Notes under the pieces: model-generated | Told to the model about the DNA's origin: nothing | The model's input: only the letters and a program-made list of their open reading frames with translations | Database searches by the model: none | Made by a program: the position numbers and the translations under genes | Part shown: positions 61,400 through 64,000 of the stretch, one piece after another | How positions within the stretch are numbered: the stretch's first letter is position 1 | Layout: each line of letters opens with the position of its first letter | Assembly: GCA_977020255.1 (NCBI GenBank) | Contig: CDROCS010002342.1 | Coordinates: forward strand, 434,001-498,000 | Reading direction: 5' to 3' | Origin: Obrimoposthia wandeli | Taxonomy: Eukaryota | DNA: 64,000 nucleotides

Positions 61400-63400
61400 G
61401 TAGGGTACAAACGAAAACACAAAGTTGCAACAAAGGAACTAATATAAGCAAATATGAAAGGTACAACATGTGTATTCGACGGAGATGTCATTGAAACCCG
61501 AAAGTATGGAAACAAGCGGGGGATAATCGAAAACAACAAAAAAACGTAAACTATATTTATCAGCTAAAAATGGATTTGGATATCTAGTGATAAGTACAGC
61601 TGATCATCGGAAAGAGTAGAATCGAAGAGTTGTCAAGACAGAAGTGAATAACCAGGACAATACAACAGTTATGTCTGAAACAGATAATAATCAAGACTAT
61701 TTGTAAAGTAATAATCAAAGCCATGAGTGTTATAACACAGGGATTGATCTATGGAATAGTGATTGAATTGATGTTACAAGTCATTTCAACCGGTAAAACA
61801 GACGTGATGACGCTAGCTGGATATAATTTACATCAAGGCAACACTTTAGAAATAATTAAGAAAACTCACAGCAAACCAGTAATAATAATGTGTATGAAAG
61901 AATGCTCAGAGCGAATGTGCATAATATCAGCCACAAACATGATGGCACTAAAAGGATATTATGGCGTCACATGCAACGGATACACATTTGGACAAACTAA
62001 AGTTGTACTTCTGAGTGGTATAACAAACAAGAGGACATACAAATTCAAGATATTAACCATCAAGATTAAAGAAACAAAGGTAAATAGGTATGACATACCG
62101 GAATTGGCCAATTATTGGATTTATTAGATTCATAATATTGATATCACTTATCCTGATATGTTGTTCAAAGATCGAGTTAAGATCGAAAAATAAACGTCAA
62201 GATTTTTCAAGGCGACCAGGTCAAATGAACTTACAAAAAATTCCACACAACTCTAACATTATCATCATTTATTAACAAACCAGCACCATAATATCATCCA
62301 ATGGTATATGAATGTACCGAGGAAAGACCTTACTTTATGGGGAGTGTGGAAGTCACCGAAGTAGGAAACGTACAATAATATAAATTGTACTGGCTATATA
62401 AGCTACAACAACTGAAGCTGATTATGAAATCATTATAAACAAGTGGATACAAGATGTGATACGTGCTCTATGTATAGGCTCTAGAAATACTCAGATAAAA
62501 AAGAAACCATGTGGCGAAGATTCAGTTGCAGACTTCTACGACTGAAGATGTCGACCAGGAATTATACATTATTTGTAACATCCAGGTGAAAGACAATAAA
62601 TGTTCATCATCTTACCAACTTATCCTATTTTATTACGAAAAAATTTTACACCTACGAATAACCATATCCAAATGGAAACGGATCATCCAAGTCACCCGAA
62701 CAAAAAGTGTAATATTACCTAATGACGCATCTGGAAATTTGTCAACAAATTTACAGTCACAAACAGACAAGGTGTAATCGTATGGAATTCCAATACCCTA
62801 TATTTCAGATTGTTAGACTGACCAAGCAGTTGTGGCTTGCCACAATGTCAATACAAAAACTAACAGACAATACAAGCCAAAATTGTAGATCCATCATACA
62901 ATACGGAATGTATATGCAATCAAATTCCCAGTAATGCTAGAAAAACATCCACTGTAATCATTGTGTTATCAAATCAAATGTACTATCTCACTCTAAAGTA
63001 TCATACAAGTCGATTCAATGGATTAGGTACCTGGATTAGATCTAGAAAGACTGCAAAATAACAAGATCAGATCCAGAAAGTGCGTTCACAGAAACCAAAG
63101 TGTGATCATCGAGAGAAAAAGAGTGAAAGGAACAGTTTCAATAGATCTCAAATCTCGATTAGTGATAACACTCGGACGGGTATCTAAAGTACAAAAACCT
63201 CACGTAATCGAATGAACAAAACTTACGTACGGAAATAGAACAAAACCTTTCGAAACACCGTTCGAATCAGTAAAAGACAATGAAAAACGTGATTACCAAA
63301 TTTCAAACAGCGGAATAACGCTAGTTAATGCTCTAAGAGCAATGGCCGTAGTATCTACTACAGTATTTCTACTAACAGTAATGTGCGTAAAAGGCAGTTA
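61400..63400 (+). pseudogene. Decayed envelope/fusion-glycoprotein-like ORF
   Basis: Co-oriented Cys-rich fragments across frames (TLAGYNLHQG, TCNGYTF, DVIRALC, GVIVWNS, NQMYYLT) end in a TM-like segment ALRAMAVVSTTVFLLTVMCV near 63340-63390. Confidence 0.4.
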
Positions 63401-64000
63401 AGCCAGGCCACGACAAAGATGTGAGACTACCATGTTGCGCTTTACGTATGACAGGTAGATTTCTGGATCCTCAATAATTGTAATATGTGGAAATGTAATC
63501 TAATATAAGTGTATACTCGTACATTTTAACTTACTAGTTTTGTGAGTGACCGAACGATTTTTTTAGTAAGTGGAACTGCGACCCTTACCTCCGCCATTTA
63601 TCAAGGTTTGACAAATGTCAAATGAAGTTGTAGATAAACTAGTATATACAAAATGTAGAAAATGATTGTAAAAATTGAATGTAAAAAGTGATTGTTGAAA
63701 CCATGAAGAAACTAATGTCGTCATGTATTTAGGATATCTGAGGAATGCCCAATATGTTTATAATAGATGCCAATGCAAAGAGCAAGACTCAATATCTGCA
63801 CCACATATATAACGAGAACTGTCTCTCGAATGGATCATAACTTACAGAGATTTCCCCCATCCAACATACCCTCGTTGCCCTGTGTGCAGAAGACAACTCA
63901 CAAAGTAGCAAACCAAGAGAACATAGATGTGCAAGTGGAATTTTGTTGAAGTAATCTTGGAGAGTGTTGGTGTTTCTTATGTGTAGCATCACACAACAAC

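Noticed and set aside
1-64000. Assignment of the host species
   Set aside because: AT richness and transposon content fit many invertebrates; there is no diagnostic marker gene in the window.

Overview
This is an AT-rich eukaryotic, probably invertebrate, genomic window dominated by mobile DNA. I could reconstruct one host gene: a 3-exon, about 442-aa orphan type I membrane protein on the minus strand (30904-39878). Around it lie remains of several Maverick/Polinton (adintovirus-like) elements. (1) A well-preserved right end at 1-5126 carries intron-containing nuclear-regulator-like genes, TATATAA promoters, an array of 10 AGGTCA motifs and the TIR. (2) Decayed core modules (pPolB, integrase-chromodomain, packaging ATPase, PW-like protein) sit at 5.3-6.3, 16.5-19.9 and 43-47.5 kb, and two of them include a spliced TATA-binding-protein-like gene. 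(3) Three non-autonomous mini-Mavericks (289 bp, 1.5 kb, 2.7 kb) each have AGTAG-type termini and a perfect 6-bp TSD. Also present: a Tigger element, pogo/hAT/LINE fragments, a TA-flanked MITE, a Ty3/gypsy element with AGTTATG...CATAACT LTRs, a BEL/Pao element with a 5-bp TSD and an internal 1130-bp tandem duplication, and a decayed envelope-glycoprotein-like ORF. The most interesting signal is a Maverick family that appears to carry its own transcription kit (TBP-like factor, acidic-aromatic repeat proteins, SIM- and Zn-finger proteins), plus tiny satellites with Maverick-type ends. All calls come from manual reading and motif recognition; no searches were run, and fragment boundaries are approximate.
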